In this document: positions 62,896 to 64,000 of the stretch, piece after piece | Layout of the letters: each line of letters starts with the position of its first letter | Position numbering within the stretch: position 1 is the first letter of the stretch | DNA from: Takakia lepidozioides | Taxonomy: Eukaryota > Plantae > Bryophyta | Length of the DNA stretch: 64,000 nt | Reading direction: 5' to 3' | Assembly (NCBI GenBank): GCA_030704615.1 | Contig: CM060734.1 | Span: 14,074,001-14,138,000, forward strand | Program-made: the position numbers and the translations under genes | The notes under the pieces: model-generated | Told to the model about the DNA's origin: nothing | What the model saw: only the letters and a program-made list of their open reading frames with translations | Databases searched by the model: none

Positions 62896-63190
62896 TTGAG
62901 AGTATTGGCCACTGCTCCAACTAATGCAGCAGTGGACGATTTGGTGGAAAGGATTGCATTTGCAGGCCTCAATGTTGTCCGAGTGGGAAACCCAACCAGT
63001 GTGGCCCCAGCTGTGTCAGCAACATCTCTGAGTAATATTGTATACGTGAAGTTGGCCAGCTTCCTTCGGGAGATGGTAAGGAGGCAAGCGGTGTAGTGAT
63101 TTGAGGCAATACCTAGGAGATGGTTCTATGGCAGCACAGATTCGGCAGGTATTGAAACAGCTTGGAAAAGCATTGGAGTTAAGGGAGAGG
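62896..63190 (+). pseudogene. Fragment of an SF1 (SMUBP-2/UPF1-like) helicase
   Basis: RVLATAPTNAAVDDLVE...LNVVRVGNP...KLASF followed by DLRQYL.D..MAAQIRQVLKQLGK. No Walker A and broken frame. Confidence 0.75.
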
Positions 63191-63239
63191 GGATGCCCTT
63201 TCATCAGCCCAGGTCAGTGAGCCGTTCAATTTCTTACAG

Positions 63240-64000
63240 AAAACTGCTTTCTTGGGGCTGCAGGGGTGGTGCTGATTTCCTTGCTGGTGACGGCCTGGCT
63301 GTGGTGGGCTATGGAGCCCATGCAAGCAGAAGCAGGATCATTCACTGACATGGAAAAAAATATCAGTAATATGATTTCAGGCATGGACGTATGCAACAGA
63401 AATAATTATCCCCCACCATGGGAGCTACGGGGTGATCAGCTTACCATATTAGTCAATGGATTTGCGGAAGCCCGCTTGCCATTACTGCAAGAAAGTGTCC
63501 GAATGTACTCTGCATCTACCGCTGTACATTCAGTGTTTATACTGTGGGGCAATACATCTACCCCAGCATCTGTCCTCCAGGAGACAAAATTCGAGACACT
63601 TGGAGCCCCAATCTACATAGTGAGGCAAGAATCTCCAAGTTTAAATGATCGGTTCCTCCCTCGGCCCTACATCAAAACAAAGGCGGTGATGATCTGCGAT
63701 GATGATATTACAATTGAACCTAACAGCCTGGAATTTGCACTGCAGGTATTAATCACAGTAAGCATGTGCTCAAAGCCTATCAAGACAGTCAAAATTTGAT
63801 ATGGAATTTGAGTGAGGTTTGATTGTTCACTGTACAGGTTTATAAATGGATCCAGAGACTTCTAGAGGCCCTCAAGCTACAGATGAACAAATGCGTTAAG
63901 TACTATCAACACGCACTGGGTGGGGATCTGATGCAGGTGTGGCGTGATAATCCAGTGCGAATAGTGGGCTTCTTCCCGCGAGCCCATTCGTACCAACTAG
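63240..64000 (+). CDS. Glycosyltransferase family 64 (EXTL/EPC1-like) gene, 5' part; first exon uncertain
   Basis: TM anchor VVLISLLVTAWLWW; QLTILVNG, SLNDRFLP, AVMICDDD. Intron GT63746..AG63936 joins EFALQ to VWRDNPVRIVGFFPRAHSY. Confidence 0.9.

Overview
Eukaryotic, transposon-saturated region. It is probably from a non-seed land plant (moss, other bryophyte or lycophyte), inferred from GT-AG introns, plant-type Gypsy/CACTA/hAT/LINE families and a plant GT64 gene. Frequent 1-nt indels suggest decay and/or long-read error. From left to right: (1) an intron-containing minus-strand gene fusing a ParB/Srx-like domain to a beta-class N4-C/N6-A DNA methyltransferase-like domain (1-2954); (2) a 7.4-kb array of ~115-bp units, each carrying a 17-bp-arm hairpin; (3) a chromovirus Gypsy element; (4) a spacer-less 12.2-kb palindrome of two Mutator-like (GCM-like Zn domain + DDE + SWIM) transposase genes that diverge from a second hairpin array, with the symmetry axis inside one hairpin unit; (5) a Gypsy element carrying a C5-cytosine methyltransferase upstream of RT and an integrase-fused PHD finger that is hidden by a solo-LTR insertion; (6) nested hAT, CACTA (with an FCP1-like phosphatase), protease-dUTPase, integrase, MULE, LINE, hAT and MITE fragments; (7) the 5' part of a host glycosyltransferase family 64 gene. 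The best candidate for an undescribed system is a plant transposon family that pairs a ParB-amino-methyltransferase gene and a Mutator-like transposase with hairpin arrays. Next to it lies a retrotransposon carrying both a methylation writer (DNMT) and a chromatin reader (PHD). All domain calls come from motif recognition by eye; no searches were run.
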